The notes under the pieces are model-generated. The model saw nothing but the letters and a program-made list of their open reading frames with translations. It was not told where the DNA came from and ran no database searches. This document shows positions 36,429-47,049 of a DNA stretch of 64,000 nt, piece by piece. The stretch comes from Thiotrichales bacterium. Its GTDB lineage: Bacteria; Pseudomonadota; Gammaproteobacteria; Francisellales; CACEW01. A program made the translations under genes and the position numbers. The stretch lies in the NCBI GenBank assembly GCA_947478175.1, contig CANJUQ010000008.1, positions 4,761 through 68,760 on the forward strand, in the 5' to 3' direction. Numbering within the stretch: position 1 is the first letter of the stretch; every line of letters starts with the position of its first letter.

Positions 36429-38198
36429 CTAACAGACACTGTGAACTGTTACAGGGCTAACTGGCACGGGTGTTGAACTGCTTCTGTTTGCAGGAGGAGT
36501 GCTCAAGCCTTCTTCGATGCTCGTTCCATCTTGAAGTTTGAAATAATCCTTACCTGATGGCGTGCGGAATGTAGTGCTGCCAGAGAGCACCCCCGATGCC
36601 TCACGATGTTCTTCTGAAGGTACAACGCCTTCGCCTACACCGCCGTATTGGCCTCCGTTTCCGAAAGGTTGGAGCCTATGCCGACGATTGAAACATGCGG
36701 CTATTTTCGTACAAGGCTTAGATTCTTGCGGAAGATCAGTGCTTTGATAATTAGCTCGGAACCAAATGCCCAAACATAAACTCCCCGCAATAAAATTCCC
36801 CAAGATGGCTCCCGTCGCAACACCCTCAGGACTCTTCATCGCCTTCACACCCAAGCCATAAGAAAGACTCAGCCCAACCAAGCCCATTCCAAATAAACTA
36901 GAAAGCATGGGCTGAATAGTCTTTTTTGTGAGGCCTTGATAAGCACTCGCGGCAGCGTAGCGAAGCCCATCAAAGACTTGTGCCACAACCGTCAAGCTCA
37001 TGATGGATGGCAACCAAGCGAGTACCAAAGGATTATTTACAGCGTCAGCCCCTAAAAATAACTTAGACACTGGATTAGCAATAAAAGGCGTGATAACACA
37101 CCAAAGCGTCGCCCAAATAAGCGGAAGAATAATACTGATATTCCCCAGACGATAAGCTGCTTCAAAATTTTTGGCCCCCACCATGGTTCCCAATATTTGA
37201 ACTCCAGCATTCCCTAAACTCTGTGTCACGGTAAAGATCAAGTTACTGAAAATGCTGACAGCACTCGCCACGGTCAGAGCCTCTGAGCTAATCAAATTAT
37301 AAAAAGCACTTCCAAAAAAAGCAGAGGACCACTCCACCCCCAACCGTACACTTAAAGGCAGCCCTGTTTGTAACAGCTCTTTCATCATGTCCCAGGAGCC
37401 TGCTAATTTAAATTTAAACAGCCCTGAAAGCTTTATTTCTCCGATGTTTAGCTCTTTCCCAGAAACAGTTAAAACCGCTGGTGTTGTTTTACATAAAATA
37501 AGCGCTGTAGAAGCAATCGCGTTAAACCAAATACGACTAATCGCTGCCAACGCAAGTCCTTCAATGCCTAGTTTAGGAAACCCAAACCCACCCAGCCCGA
37601 ACCCATAACCCAAGAGGACCATCAAAGGCACACTGGCATAATTAAAACTTGAGACCCAGCTTCTTTGGTTCAACACGCATAGATAAGGCCTGACCGCCGA
37701 ACCGTAACTAAAGGCCAAAACACTCGGGAGATACCAACGTAAAAATCTTTGAGCCATTCCAGTAATAATGGCGTTTTCATGAAATAGCCTTCCCAACACA
37801 AACCCTGAAAAGTAGAAAGCTGTTGCCACGATCGAGGCAGAAGCTAAGGCGTAATACAGGCCTTGTTGCCCCATAAGAAAAACGGCCTCGCGGGCCGTTT
37901 GTCTATCTTCTTCTGTGGTGGCTGCATGAATGGCCCCCAATTTATTACCTAACAAGCCATATAAGGCGTTCATAGGCGCTGATAGCGCCGTCTGGAATAG
38001 TTTGTAAGTCATGGCCCACTGATTGGCGGTTAATTCATCTTTACCCAATCGCGCCATAAAAATCTGAGTCGCCATGTCAGCCGCTGTGGATGCCAACATG
38101 CTTGCCATAATGGGTCCTGCCGTTTTTATCACCTCACAAACTTCTGTTTTCTGTGCCTTGATTTTCAAGATGGTTTGAGTAAAACAAGTCCCTGACAT
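36429..38198 (-). CDS. MATE/MOP-superfamily-like polytopic membrane protein with C-terminal tail (paralog 2)
   Basis: Collinear with 33790-35913. Start placed at ATG 38198 (MSGTCFTQ), aligned with the paralog 1 start and preceded by AGGAGA. Confidence 0.68.
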   Translation of the reverse strand: MSGTCFTQTILKIKAQKTEVCEVIKTAGPIMASMLASTAADMATQIFMARLGKDELTANQWAMTYKLFQTALSAPMNALYGLLGNKLGAIHAATTEEDRQTAREAVFLMGQQGLYYALASASIVATAFYFSGFVLGRLFHENAIITGMAQRFLRWYLPSVLAFSYGSAVRPYLCVLNQRSWVSSFNYASVPLMVLLGYGFGLGGFGFPKLGIEGLALAAISRIWFNAIASTALILCKTTPAVLTVSGKELNIGEIKLSGLFKFKLAGSWDMMKELLQTGLPLSVRLGVEWSSAFFGSAFYNLISSEALTVASAVSIFSNLIFTVTQSLGNAGVQILGTMVGAKNFEAAYRLGNISIILPLIWATLWCVITPFIANPVSKLFLGADAVNNPLVLAWLPSIMSLTVVAQVFDGLRYAAASAYQGLTKKTIQPMLSSLFGMGLVGLSLSYGLGVKAMKSPEGVATGAILGNFIAGSLCLGIWFRANYQSTDLPQESKPCTKIAACFNRRHRLQPFGNGGQYGGVGEGVVPSEEHREASGVLSGSTTFRTPSGKDYFKLQDGTSIEEGLSTPPANRSSSTPVPVSPVTVHSVC

Positions 38199-38311
38199 AT
38201 GACTTTTCTCCTGTGATTTCTTAGCCAATTAAAAAATACAGCGCAAAGTACTATAAAAATATTAAAGAAAGAACGCTAAAAAATAACAGCTAAAAAAATA
38301 ATAAATTTAAA

Positions 38312-38836
38312 TCAAGCAGGCTCTGTCAGGTCAAATCTCTTACGAATAAAATAAATCAGCCCAGACAAGACCAAAGCAATCGCGACCCCAACACATGATT
38401 CTAGAAATCGCGAAGAGGCATTCACCCAGGGACTGATATAAATACCTCCCACCTGACTCACCGCGAAAATAATGGCCACTGTGATACAGCTCAGACGATA
38501 GAGCGATAGTTTAAAGAACGCACAAATCATGACTGATAAAAGCATGCCAATAAAAAAAGATTCGTCGTGATAGCCCATGAAAGAAAAAACAATCCAAGAA
38601 ATCAAAACGCCTATCAGAGTCCCCAAAACACGGTTTTTTGCATTGTTTAACATTTCTCGATAATTAACATGTCCAATAATCACCGCTGAGATCATGGCCC
38701 AGAGCCCACCAATCAAAGGGCTTCCAGCATGTAAATAATGAGAAATCCAAGCGCCCAATAAAAAACCAATCAAAGCTGTGACACTGGCTTCAAGCGCTGT
38801 GAGCAATTTAAAACGACGAATGATTTTTTTGAGCAT
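38312..38836 (-). CDS. FUSC/aromatic-acid-exporter-like small membrane protein
   Basis: About 174 aa with 5-6 TM helices. Start at ATG 38836 (MLKKIIRR). The upstream part of the track ORF is just the translated family B repeat. Confidence 0.55.
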   Translation of the reverse strand: MLKKIIRRFKLLTALEASVTALIGFLLGAWISHYLHAGSPLIGGLWAMISAVIIGHVNYREMLNNAKNRVLGTLIGVLISWIVFSFMGYHDESFFIGMLLSVMICAFFKLSLYRLSCITVAIIFAVSQVGGIYISPWVNASSRFLESCVGVAIALVLSGLIYFIRKRFDLTEPA

Positions 38837-38850
38837 TTTATTTTTCCTAT

Positions 38851-38917
38851 TTCCCCCCTCTCTGTCCCTACAGGCTAGGGCCTTTCGGGCCTGTCTCTCC
38901 CGCAGGGGGAGAGACGA
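38851..38917 (+). repeat. 67-bp GC-rich element (family B), intergenic copy
   Basis: TTCCCCCCTCTCTGTCCCTA...GTCTCTCCCGCAGGGGGAGAGACGA. The termini are identical to the murG copy and the central ~13 nt differ. Confidence 0.75.
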
Positions 38918-38959
38918 TTCAAGCAATCAGCAGGGCCTAAAATTCGCCCCATTATTCTT

Positions 38960-40672
38960 TTATCTCTGTTTTTTCACATATGGGACATAATTGGGCCACC
39001 AAATTTTGGCATCAATCGCTGCAATGACTTCTTGTTCAGACATCGGTTTCGTTAAACCTGATCTCACTGCTTCCAAAGCAACATCGATAGCCACCTGGCG
39101 TGAGACAGACCGAATTTGATCTAACGGCGGTAGTAGATTTTCTTCTGAATTATTTTTAGCAGGCGATAAAGCTGCAAGCGCTTTCGCCGCGACCATAAAC
39201 ATGCTGTCCGTCACATGCTTGGCTTTGACCGCAATAATCCCCAAACCCATCCCCGGGAAAATATAAGAATTATTGGTCTGATCAATATGCCTAGATTTGC
39301 CATTAAACATCACATCAGGAAAGGGACTTCCCGTTCCCATAATCACACGACCGTCTGTCCACCGACACAAATCCTCAGGTTTTCCTTCACTGCGAGAAGT
39401 GGGATTAGAGAGTGGGAAAATAATGGGCCGTTGGGTCTTAGACGCCATGAGTTTCACGATTTCTTCTGTGAATAATCCTGGTTGGCCTGAGACGCCCAAC
39501 AAGACCGTTGATTTTAAATTTTTCATGACATCGTAAAAATTAATTGTCCCAGGTTTTTGTAAGACCCAATTTTGATAAGCCGATTTTTTTTGAGCAAATG
39601 GGGCCTGAAAAGACAAAAGACCTGACATTTCTTCAGTTAATAACCCATGAGCATCAATAATAAAAAATCGCGCACGAGCCTCAGATTCAGACAAACCTGC
39701 AGCCATCATGGCTTGGGCCATTAAATTACTAATACCGCAACCGGCCGAACCTCCACCGACAACGACAATCAATTGATCTTGAATCTTACTTCCAATGGAT
39801 TGAACCGCGGCCAAAAGCGTCCCTGTTGCCACAGCAGCTGTCCCCTGAATATCGTCATTGAATGTACAAAGTTGATCTCGGTATTTAGCCAAAATAGGGT
39901 TCGCATTTTGTTGAGCGAAATCTTCCCACTGCAATAAAACATGCGGGAATCTTTTTTTAATCGCTTTAACAAATAGGTCCACAAAATCTTCATATTCTTT
40001 GCCGCGGACACGCTCATGACGCCAACCCATATAAAGCGGATCTTTCAATAAATCCTGATTATTGGTCCCCGTATCAAGCAAAATAGGGAGTGTCTTAGCG
40101 GGATGAATTCCGGCACACGCGGTATAAAGCGCAAGTTTTCCAATGGGGATTCCCATTCCTCCCGCCCCTTGATCGCCCAAGCCTAGAATTCTTTCACCAT
40201 CTGAAACGACGATGGCTTCCACCGCATCAAAACGAATATGGCTAAGAATTTCATCCAGATTGTCTTTGCAAACAGGGGTCAAATATAAGCCCCGAGGACG
40301 GCGATAAATATGACTAAAATTTTGGCAGGCCTCACCAACAACTGGCGTATAGACAATCGGCAGCATCTCTTGAATATGGTCAACTAACAGGCTGTAAAAC
40401 AAAGTTTCGTTGGAGTCCTGTAATTCACGCAGATAAATATATTTTTCAATCGGCTTAGATTTGTTTTGGAAAGCTTGATAAGAGCGTTTCTTTTGAGTTT
40501 CTAAATCACTCACACCAAACGCTAACAGGCCATGTAAACCAAAAGCATGACGCTCATCCTCAGGAAAAGCTGAGCCTTTGTTTAAAATTGGATTGCGAAC
40601 CAGATCAAAATCAGATTGATTTACTTCGTAATAGACATGCCCTACAGCGTCTCTTTTTTCCTGATGATGCAT
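38960..40672 (-). CDS. maeA: NAD-dependent malic enzyme
   Basis: 570 aa with VYTPVVGEAC, GLGDQGAGGMGIPIGK, GGSAGCGI and FPLSNPT motifs. Confidence 0.93.
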   Translation of the reverse strand: MHHQEKRDAVGHVYYEVNQSDFDLVRNPILNKGSAFPEDERHAFGLHGLLAFGVSDLETQKKRSYQAFQNKSKPIEKYIYLRELQDSNETLFYSLLVDHIQEMLPIVYTPVVGEACQNFSHIYRRPRGLYLTPVCKDNLDEILSHIRFDAVEAIVVSDGERILGLGDQGAGGMGIPIGKLALYTACAGIHPAKTLPILLDTGTNNQDLLKDPLYMGWRHERVRGKEYEDFVDLFVKAIKKRFPHVLLQWEDFAQQNANPILAKYRDQLCTFNDDIQGTAAVATGTLLAAVQSIGSKIQDQLIVVVGGGSAGCGISNLMAQAMMAAGLSESEARARFFIIDAHGLLTEEMSGLLSFQAPFAQKKSAYQNWVLQKPGTINFYDVMKNLKSTVLLGVSGQPGLFTEEIVKLMASKTQRPIIFPLSNPTSRSEGKPEDLCRWTDGRVIMGTGSPFPDVMFNGKSRHIDQTNNSYIFPGMGLGIIAVKAKHVTDSMFMVAAKALAALSPAKNNSEENLLPPLDQIRSVSRQVAIDVALEAVRSGLTKPMSEQEVIAAIDAKIWWPNYVPYVKKQR

Positions 40673-40762
40673 AAAAAAATATCCTGTTTAATCTGGTTAA
40701 TAAAGAAGCTCCGGAGTAAATCAGGAAAAATTGATATCGCCAATAAAATCTAGTTTGATTCT

Positions 40763-42205
40763 TTATTCTGGAGATCGCGAAGGACGCGGATGGGGTTTCT
40801 GCTGATTAGATTGATTATTTGACCGGCCATTATATCGGCGAAACGGTCTAGACCCTGAATGAGAAGACCTTGGATTCTCACCCTGTCCTGCTTGTGAATT
40901 TTTAGAAACATTCACAAATCCATAAAGCAAAATACTGGAGACTAATAATCCCATGCCATACACAATCACAGTCTCACCCGTACTCATGAGGGCCCAAGCC
41001 GAATAAATCAAAGCCAGTACAGCAATACCAATATCAAAACGACGGCGCAGTAAATTTTGCTTTTGATCTTTGGCCAAGATCCACTGAGCTGCTGCGGTAT
41101 ATAAATAGGGCAAAAGGGATGCAAAGACGGCGAGTAAAATACAAACATTAAATTGATCAATCAGGCTATGGGACATTTGCATCAGCAATAAAACCGTAAT
41201 TAACAAAGCCGAAATAGTTAAACCCAAATAAGGCGATCCATGATGATTTCTTCTCGCAAATAATTTAGGAAATAATCCATCATCCGCGGCTGCCATCGCG
41301 ACTTGGCCTTGTAACATGACCCAGCCATTGAGCGCCCCAAAACAAGAGATCGCAGCCCCTGCTCCAATCAGATATAACCCCGTTTTCCCAAACATAATGT
41401 TGGCAGCATCTGCAAAAGGACTGGTTGATTTAGCTAAGACGGCCGCGGGAATCATCCCCATGATGACCAGTGAACTAAAGATATAAATAAACGCGCCAAT
41501 CAATACACCAATCAAAGTTGCCAAAGGAATATTCCGCCTAGGATTTTCGACACTACTTTGAGGCACTGTCGCCGCTTCTAAGCCAATAAACGCCCAAAGG
41601 GTCAAGCTTGCTCCATGAGAAATCGCGACCCAGCTGGTTTCACCCGAAACATTTGTATCTTGAATGAGATAACTGGGATGAAAATAAAACCAACCCAATA
41701 AAATAATAATAATCAGGGGAATTAATTTAATCGTCGTTGAAATCAGCTGGAGTGTCCCAGCTCTCGCGATGCCAATAATATTCACAAAAGTTAAAACCCA
41801 AACAAATGCAATGGCGGTCCAAGTGGTTGCTTCCATGCTGGCCAAACTAGGAAAAAATACCCTGAGATAGCCGACTAAAGCTAATGCAATCGCAGCATTC
41901 CCAATCCAGAGCGCCGCCCAATAATGATAAGCTGTCTGGAATCCAATAAATTCACCAAAACCGGCTTTGGCATAGGCATAAGGCCCGCCCGTCTTGGGCA
42001 CTAAGACACTCATACGAGCAAAAACTAAGGCTAAAACAATAGAACCTAAAGCTGTTAAAACCCAAGAATAAAGACTGATAGATCCAATCTGAGCTAAAGA
42101 CGCAGGCAGTAGAAAAATCCCTGAACCAATCATGTTGCCAGCGACCAGCGCGATCAGCATCCAAAGGCCCAATTTCGCTGGGCGGCGAGAAGAAGACGAA
42201 GACAT
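40763..42205 (-). CDS. APC-family amino acid permease with basic C-terminal tail
   Basis: Has GNMIGSGIFLLP near the N-terminus and 12 TM helices. Start at ATG 42205. Confidence 0.85.
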   Translation of the reverse strand: MSSSSSRRPAKLGLWMLIALVAGNMIGSGIFLLPASLAQIGSISLYSWVLTALGSIVLALVFARMSVLVPKTGGPYAYAKAGFGEFIGFQTAYHYWAALWIGNAAIALALVGYLRVFFPSLASMEATTWTAIAFVWVLTFVNIIGIARAGTLQLISTTIKLIPLIIIILLGWFYFHPSYLIQDTNVSGETSWVAISHGASLTLWAFIGLEAATVPQSSVENPRRNIPLATLIGVLIGAFIYIFSSLVIMGMIPAAVLAKSTSPFADAANIMFGKTGLYLIGAGAAISCFGALNGWVMLQGQVAMAAADDGLFPKLFARRNHHGSPYLGLTISALLITVLLLMQMSHSLIDQFNVCILLAVFASLLPYLYTAAAQWILAKDQKQNLLRRRFDIGIAVLALIYSAWALMSTGETVIVYGMGLLVSSILLYGFVNVSKNSQAGQGENPRSSHSGSRPFRRYNGRSNNQSNQQKPHPRPSRSPE

Positions 42206-42466
42206 AGGTGTCCTTGAAAAAGTTAAGTGGTGAAAAAAAGGGGCGCATTGTTTCATTTTTTTCGCAGGGTTACCATGCCGGATTTTTTAGCTAGGGTTGA
42301 AGCTTTTCTAATTCTTTAAAATAAATTTCAAAATCTTTCTCAACCTGACTTTTGTCTTCTTCCCTCTGGACTTGGCGATCAGCCTCTTTTTGAACTGTTG
42401 CAAAATTTGCAACAGTTGCCATTTTCAAACATTGATTTGCGAGTCGATGACTTTACCTGCTGAACG

Positions 42467-42890
42467 AATGGCACTGACTTAAGGTCGGCAAGGCTTATCT
42501 TGCTTGAATTCCCCTCTCCAATATTGGAGAGGGCAAGCCACTGAAAGTGGCGCGGGAGAGGGATTTAAAAAACATCCCACTATTGCAAGTTCAGATAAAT
42601 AGCTTCAAGAACAGCTGCTTTTTCTTTAAATACTTCATGATTACGTCATGATTTCAAAATCTAATGACGTGAAATCCCAAAGACTCTAAATGCTTTGTTC
42701 GATTTGAATCTCTTTTGGCATGTGATTCTTCCAGATGTTGACTGCCATCGAGTTCGATAATCAGATATTTTTAATGTGTTATTTATTTTTAAATCCCTCT
42801 CCCGCGCCACTTTCAGTGGCTTGCCCTCTCCAATATTGGAGAGGGGAATTCAAGCAAGATAAGCCTTACCGACCTTAAGTCAGTGCCATT
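42467..42890. mobile_element. foldback / MITE-like element with 105-bp terminal inverted repeats
   Basis: 42467-42571 is the reverse complement of 42786-42890 with a single mismatch. The arms carry nested hairpins (CCCTCTCC-aatatt-GGAGAGGG and GCCAC-tgaaa-GTGGC). Confidence 0.65.
42579..42770 (-). pseudogene. DUF559 (Vsr-like endonuclease) C-terminal remnant
   Basis: The reverse frame reads KYLIIELDGSQHLEESHAKRDSNRTKHLESLGFHVIRF then TGA then NHDVIMKYLKKK. A 1-nt shift restores AAVLEAIYLNLQ. The N-terminal half is missing. Confidence 0.6.
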
Positions 42891-42989
42891 TCACCCGCTG
42901 AACTTCTTATGAATTTGCTTGAATAGGTCTTAACAGGCATTATCCGCCGCCGAAAATAAGGGCACCTAGAACGGACTCAGATTCAAAAT

Positions 42990-45563
42990 ATGAACACAGA
43001 ACACCTCGAAGTCTTAGTCATAACGACTGACCACACCCCCATGATGAAGCAATATTTATCTATCAAAGCCAAGCACCCTGATTTGCTGTTGTTTTACCGC
43101 ATGGGTGACTTCTATGAAATGTTCTTTGAAGACGCCATCGAAGGTGCCAAATTATTAGATATCACGCTCACACAAAGAGGCCAATCAGCCGGCCAGCCCA
43201 TTCCGATGGCGGGAATCCCTGCGCATTCTGTCGAAAGTTATTTGGCCAAATTAATTATCCAAGGTAAATCCGTTGCTATTTGTGAACAAATCGGCGACCC
43301 CAGCACGAGCAAAGGCCCTGTCGCTCGCGAAGTCACTCGAATTGTCACGCCTGGCACAGTCACAGAAGAACATCTACTTCAAGAAAAACAAGATAACTGG
43401 CTCGTCGCTTTATCTAGAAATCCTAAAAAACTTTCTATCGCCGCTGTTAATTTATCAGGCGGTGAATTAGTCCTATATCCCATTAATTCACTCACCGAAC
43501 AGAATGCTTTATTGGCTCAATTAAAACCTGCTGAAATTTTAATGCCCGACTCAGAAGATTTAACTCAAGAACAAGAATCAGGGGTGACTCGGCGGTCTGA
43601 TTTAGATTTTGATAGTAAAGCGGGTCAGCGGCTTTTAGAAAAACAACTCGGCGTCTCGACTTTAATTTCTTTTGGAATGGACCCTGCCAAGCTCACTCAT
43701 GTATTAGGTTTGGGGGCTTTAGGCGCTTTATTAAATTATTTAAACGAAACCCAAAAAATAGCGTTACCCCATTTAAAACGCTTTAGGCTTCAACAGTCTG
43801 ATCAAATTTTAATGCTCGACGAATCCACGCGACGCAATCTAGAAATCGACCAAAATCTCCGCGGCGGTAAAACACACACGCTTTTATCTGTTCTAGATCG
43901 CTGCCAGACCCCGATGGGTTCTAGGTTACTGCGCCGATGGCTCAATGAGCCTTCAAGAGAAATCAAAATAATTTTGGCCAGGCAACAGGCCATCACAGAA
44001 CTCAAAGAAAAATTAATCTACCCAGAACTGACGCCGCTATTACACAGCATTGGCGATGCTGAAAGAATTTTAACTCGTGTGGCTTTACTCTCGGCCCGAC
44101 CTCAAGATTTATTAAAACTAAAATCTTCTCTTTTTGTTTTACCTAATCTTTTAAAAATTTTAAAAAATTTAAACTCTCAAAAAATTCAAATTCTTTCTGC
44201 TCAGATCCAATTATTTCCAGACTTACATCAGCTCTTAGATTTATCTATAGATCCCAATGCCCCGACGATTTTGCGGGATGGCGGTGTCATTAGACCTGGC
44301 TTTGATGCTGTCTTAGACGAACTCAAAAGCTTGGGAGAAAACGCCAGTCAATATTTACTAGATCTCGAAATTCGAGAAAAAGCTCGAACTAAAATTCCGA
44401 CACTCAAAGTGGGTTATAACCGGGTTCATGGGTTTTATATCGAAATTTCTAAAGGCCAGTCAGACAAAGCACCGTTAGATTATCAAAGACGCCAGACTCT
44501 CAAGAATGCTGAGAGATATATCACTCCAGAGTTAAAAACGTTGGAAGATAAAGTCTTATCTGCCCAAGAAAGAGCGCTCGCTCGAGAGAAGCAGCTCTAT
44601 GAAGAAATTTTGATCAAAATAAATCAATCTCTTGAATCTTTACAAAAAACTTTTGAAGCCATTTGTGAATTAGATATTTTGCAAAATTGGGCTGAACGCG
44701 CTGAAAAATTAAAGCTTACTTGCCCCCAGCTCACCCCAGAATCTGTCTTGAAAATTTCTAAAGGCCGTCATCTTGTGGTCGAGTCTGTTTTAAAAGAACC
44801 CTTTATTCCCAATGACACTGCGTTAGATTCAAACACCCGAATGTTACTCATCACTGGGCCAAACATGGGCGGAAAATCAACTTATATGCGACAAGTCGCT
44901 TTGATTACTTTATTGGCTTACACCGGCTGCTTTGTCCCAGCCCAATCTGCCCTAATTGGACCGATCGATCGAATCTTTACCCGCATTGGCGCGAGTGATG
45001 ACTTGGCTTCTAATCGATCGACTTTCATGGTCGAAATGAGCGAAACAGCCCAAATATTGCACCATGCGACAGATCGCTCTTTAGTTTTATTAGACGAAAT
45101 TGGCCGAGGAACTAGTACGTTCGATGGTTTATCTCTGGCGTTTGCGACAGCTGAATATTTAAGTTCTCAGGTCAAACCTTTGACTTTATTTGCGACTCAT
45201 TATTTTGAATTAACCACGTTAGATAAAAACCCAGGCATTCAAAATATCCATGTCAGTGCGAGAGAAATCCAAGGCCAGTTAGTTTTACTGCATGAAATTA
45301 AACCTGGCCCTGCCAGTCAGAGCTATGGTATTGCAGTCGCAAAACTAGCGGGTTTACCTAACTCAGTGATTCAGACGGCTAAGAAATATTTGAAAGACTT
45401 AGAGCAAAAAAGCTTGTCGCTTCACCATCCTCAGCAAAGTTTAAATTTTGATGAAGATATTTCAAAAGATACATTGTCAAAATGGTTAGAAAATTTAGAT
45501 CTAGAGGCTTTGACGCCTAAGCAAGCCTTGGATTTGCTGTATGCGCTCAAATCTAAAAAATAA
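42990..45563 (+). CDS. mutS: DNA mismatch repair protein MutS
   Basis: Has [20 protein letters not shown], Walker [10 protein letters not shown] and DEIGRGTST motifs. Confidence 0.95.
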   Translation: MNTEHLEVLVITTDHTPMMKQYLSIKAKHPDLLLFYRMGDFYEMFFEDAIEGAKLLDITLTQRGQSAGQPIPMAGIPAHSVESYLAKLIIQGKSVAICEQIGDPSTSKGPVAREVTRIVTPGTVTEEHLLQEKQDNWLVALSRNPKKLSIAAVNLSGGELVLYPINSLTEQNALLAQLKPAEILMPDSEDLTQEQESGVTRRSDLDFDSKAGQRLLEKQLGVSTLISFGMDPAKLTHVLGLGALGALLNYLNETQKIALPHLKRFRLQQSDQILMLDESTRRNLEIDQNLRGGKTHTLLSVLDRCQTPMGSRLLRRWLNEPSREIKIILARQQAITELKEKLIYPELTPLLHSIGDAERILTRVALLSARPQDLLKLKSSLFVLPNLLKILKNLNSQKIQILSAQIQLFPDLHQLLDLSIDPNAPTILRDGGVIRPGFDAVLDELKSLGENASQYLLDLEIREKARTKIPTLKVGYNRVHGFYIEISKGQSDKAPLDYQRRQTLKNAERYITPELKTLEDKVLSAQERALAREKQLYEEILIKINQSLESLQKTFEAICELDILQNWAERAEKLKLTCPQLTPESVLKISKGRHLVVESVLKEPFIPNDTALDSNTRMLLITGPNMGGKSTYMRQVALITLLAYTGCFVPAQSALIGPIDRIFTRIGASDDLASNRSTFMVEMSETAQILHHATDRSLVLLDEIGRGTSTFDGLSLAFATAEYLSSQVKPLTLFATHYFELTTLDKNPGIQNIHVSAREIQGQLVLLHEIKPGPASQSYGIAVAKLAGLPNSVIQTAKKYLKDLEQKSLSLHHPQQSLNFDEDISKDTLSKWLENLDLEALTPKQALDLLYALKSKK

Positions 45564-45742
45564 AGCCAAAGATTATCAATGCACAAAAACATTCAAAACC
45601 ATAGATTCTGGATGATCAGATAATGCCTAAAGTTTATATTGCCAATATATACCGCTCCCAGGACTCTTTTTTCCTAAAATCCCTTGAGCCCAGCACCCCC
45701 CCTCTATAAAATCCGCCGACTTCAACAGGCCAAAAGTTCAGG

Positions 45743-47011
45743 ATGACACACCAAAAAACCGCTCGCCCTTATTTCCCATGGATCATTGTCTTAATTGGCG
45801 CGCTGTTTTTTCTCTATGAATTCATCCAAATGAACATGTTTAATTCATTGGCTTTAAGTTTTGAACAGACTTTTTCTCTCTCTGCTTTTCAAGTGGCCCT
45901 AGTCTCTGCTTTCTATTTTTTATCTGATTCTTTACTGCTTTACCCTGCTGGGGTCATGCTAGATAGATATTCTTCCAAGAAATTAATTTTACTAGGCATG
46001 GCGCTTTGTATTACCGGAACAGGCCTGATTGCTATGTCTAGCAATGCCTGGTTCTTAGTACTTTCTAGATTTTTATCCGGCACGGCCAGTGCTTTTTGCT
46101 TACTCAGTATTTTAAGACTGGCCGCTAGCTGGTTCCCCGCCAGAAAGATGGGCCAGGTGACTGGCATCGTCGTGACTCTAGGCATGTTAGGTGGAGCAGT
46201 GTCTCAGACGCCTTTAGTTTATTTAATTCAGTGGACCGGTTGGCGTGAGGCCTTATTTTTAGTCGCATTGGCAGGGATTTTTATTTTTATTTTAATGGGC
46301 TTAATGATTAAAGACGCCCCTGAAGAAATCTCTCATGCTGCCTTACAAACCAAGCCTTTAAGATGGTTTGAAGGGTTTCTAGAAATGCTGAGAAATCCCT
46401 TTAATTGGCTCGCAGGTTTATATATTTGCACCATGAACTTACCCATCATGATTTTGGCGGGTTTATTTGGAACTCAGTGGATGGTCCAAGCGCATGGTCT
46501 AAGCCATATCCAAGGCTCAAATGTCAGTATGATGATTTTTATCGGGACCATCATTGGCTCGACGGTATTTGGCTTTTGGTCGGATAGGCTGCGTTCTCGT
46601 AAAAAACCCATGCTAATCACTGCCATTATTTCGCTGATTACTTTTTCATGGATGCTGTATTTACCTCCTGAAGGCTATGGGGTGGATTTATTATCATTTT
46701 TGTCTTTAGGATTTTTTACAGGCGCCCAAATCATTGGCTACCCCGTCGTTCGCGAGACTAATCGAGCAGAAAATATCGGAACGGCTTTGGGGTTTGTATC
46801 TGTGATTATCATGGGATTCCCTGCAGTCTTACAGCCTTTAGTGGGCTATCTCATGAACTGGGACTGGGATGGCTTAATGTCTAATGGCGTCCGGCTTTAT
46901 TCCACGCATGACTATACTCTAGGCCTCAGCGTTTTAACGGTTGGTTTTATTATTAGTATTTTTTGTGCTTGGAAATTACCAGAGACCTATGGTGTAAAAT
47001 TAAATAAATAA
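45743..47011 (+). CDS. MFS transporter
   Basis: 422 aa with 12 TM helices and an MFS loop 2-3 motif (GVMLDRYSSKK). Confidence 0.82.
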   Translation: MTHQKTARPYFPWIIVLIGALFFLYEFIQMNMFNSLALSFEQTFSLSAFQVALVSAFYFLSDSLLLYPAGVMLDRYSSKKLILLGMALCITGTGLIAMSSNAWFLVLSRFLSGTASAFCLLSILRLAASWFPARKMGQVTGIVVTLGMLGGAVSQTPLVYLIQWTGWREALFLVALAGIFIFILMGLMIKDAPEEISHAALQTKPLRWFEGFLEMLRNPFNWLAGLYICTMNLPIMILAGLFGTQWMVQAHGLSHIQGSNVSMMIFIGTIIGSTVFGFWSDRLRSRKKPMLITAIISLITFSWMLYLPPEGYGVDLLSFLSLGFFTGAQIIGYPVVRETNRAENIGTALGFVSVIIMGFPAVLQPLVGYLMNWDWDGLMSNGVRLYSTHDYTLGLSVLTVGFIISIFCAWKLPETYGVKLNK

Positions 47012-47049
47012 AAAAATAAAATAAAAAAATTAAATAAGGACAAACCCTC

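Noticed and set aside
41952-42248. 98-aa ORF (-) overlapping the permease 5' end
   Set aside because: It is an alternative frame of the APC permease gene, which has clear family motifs.
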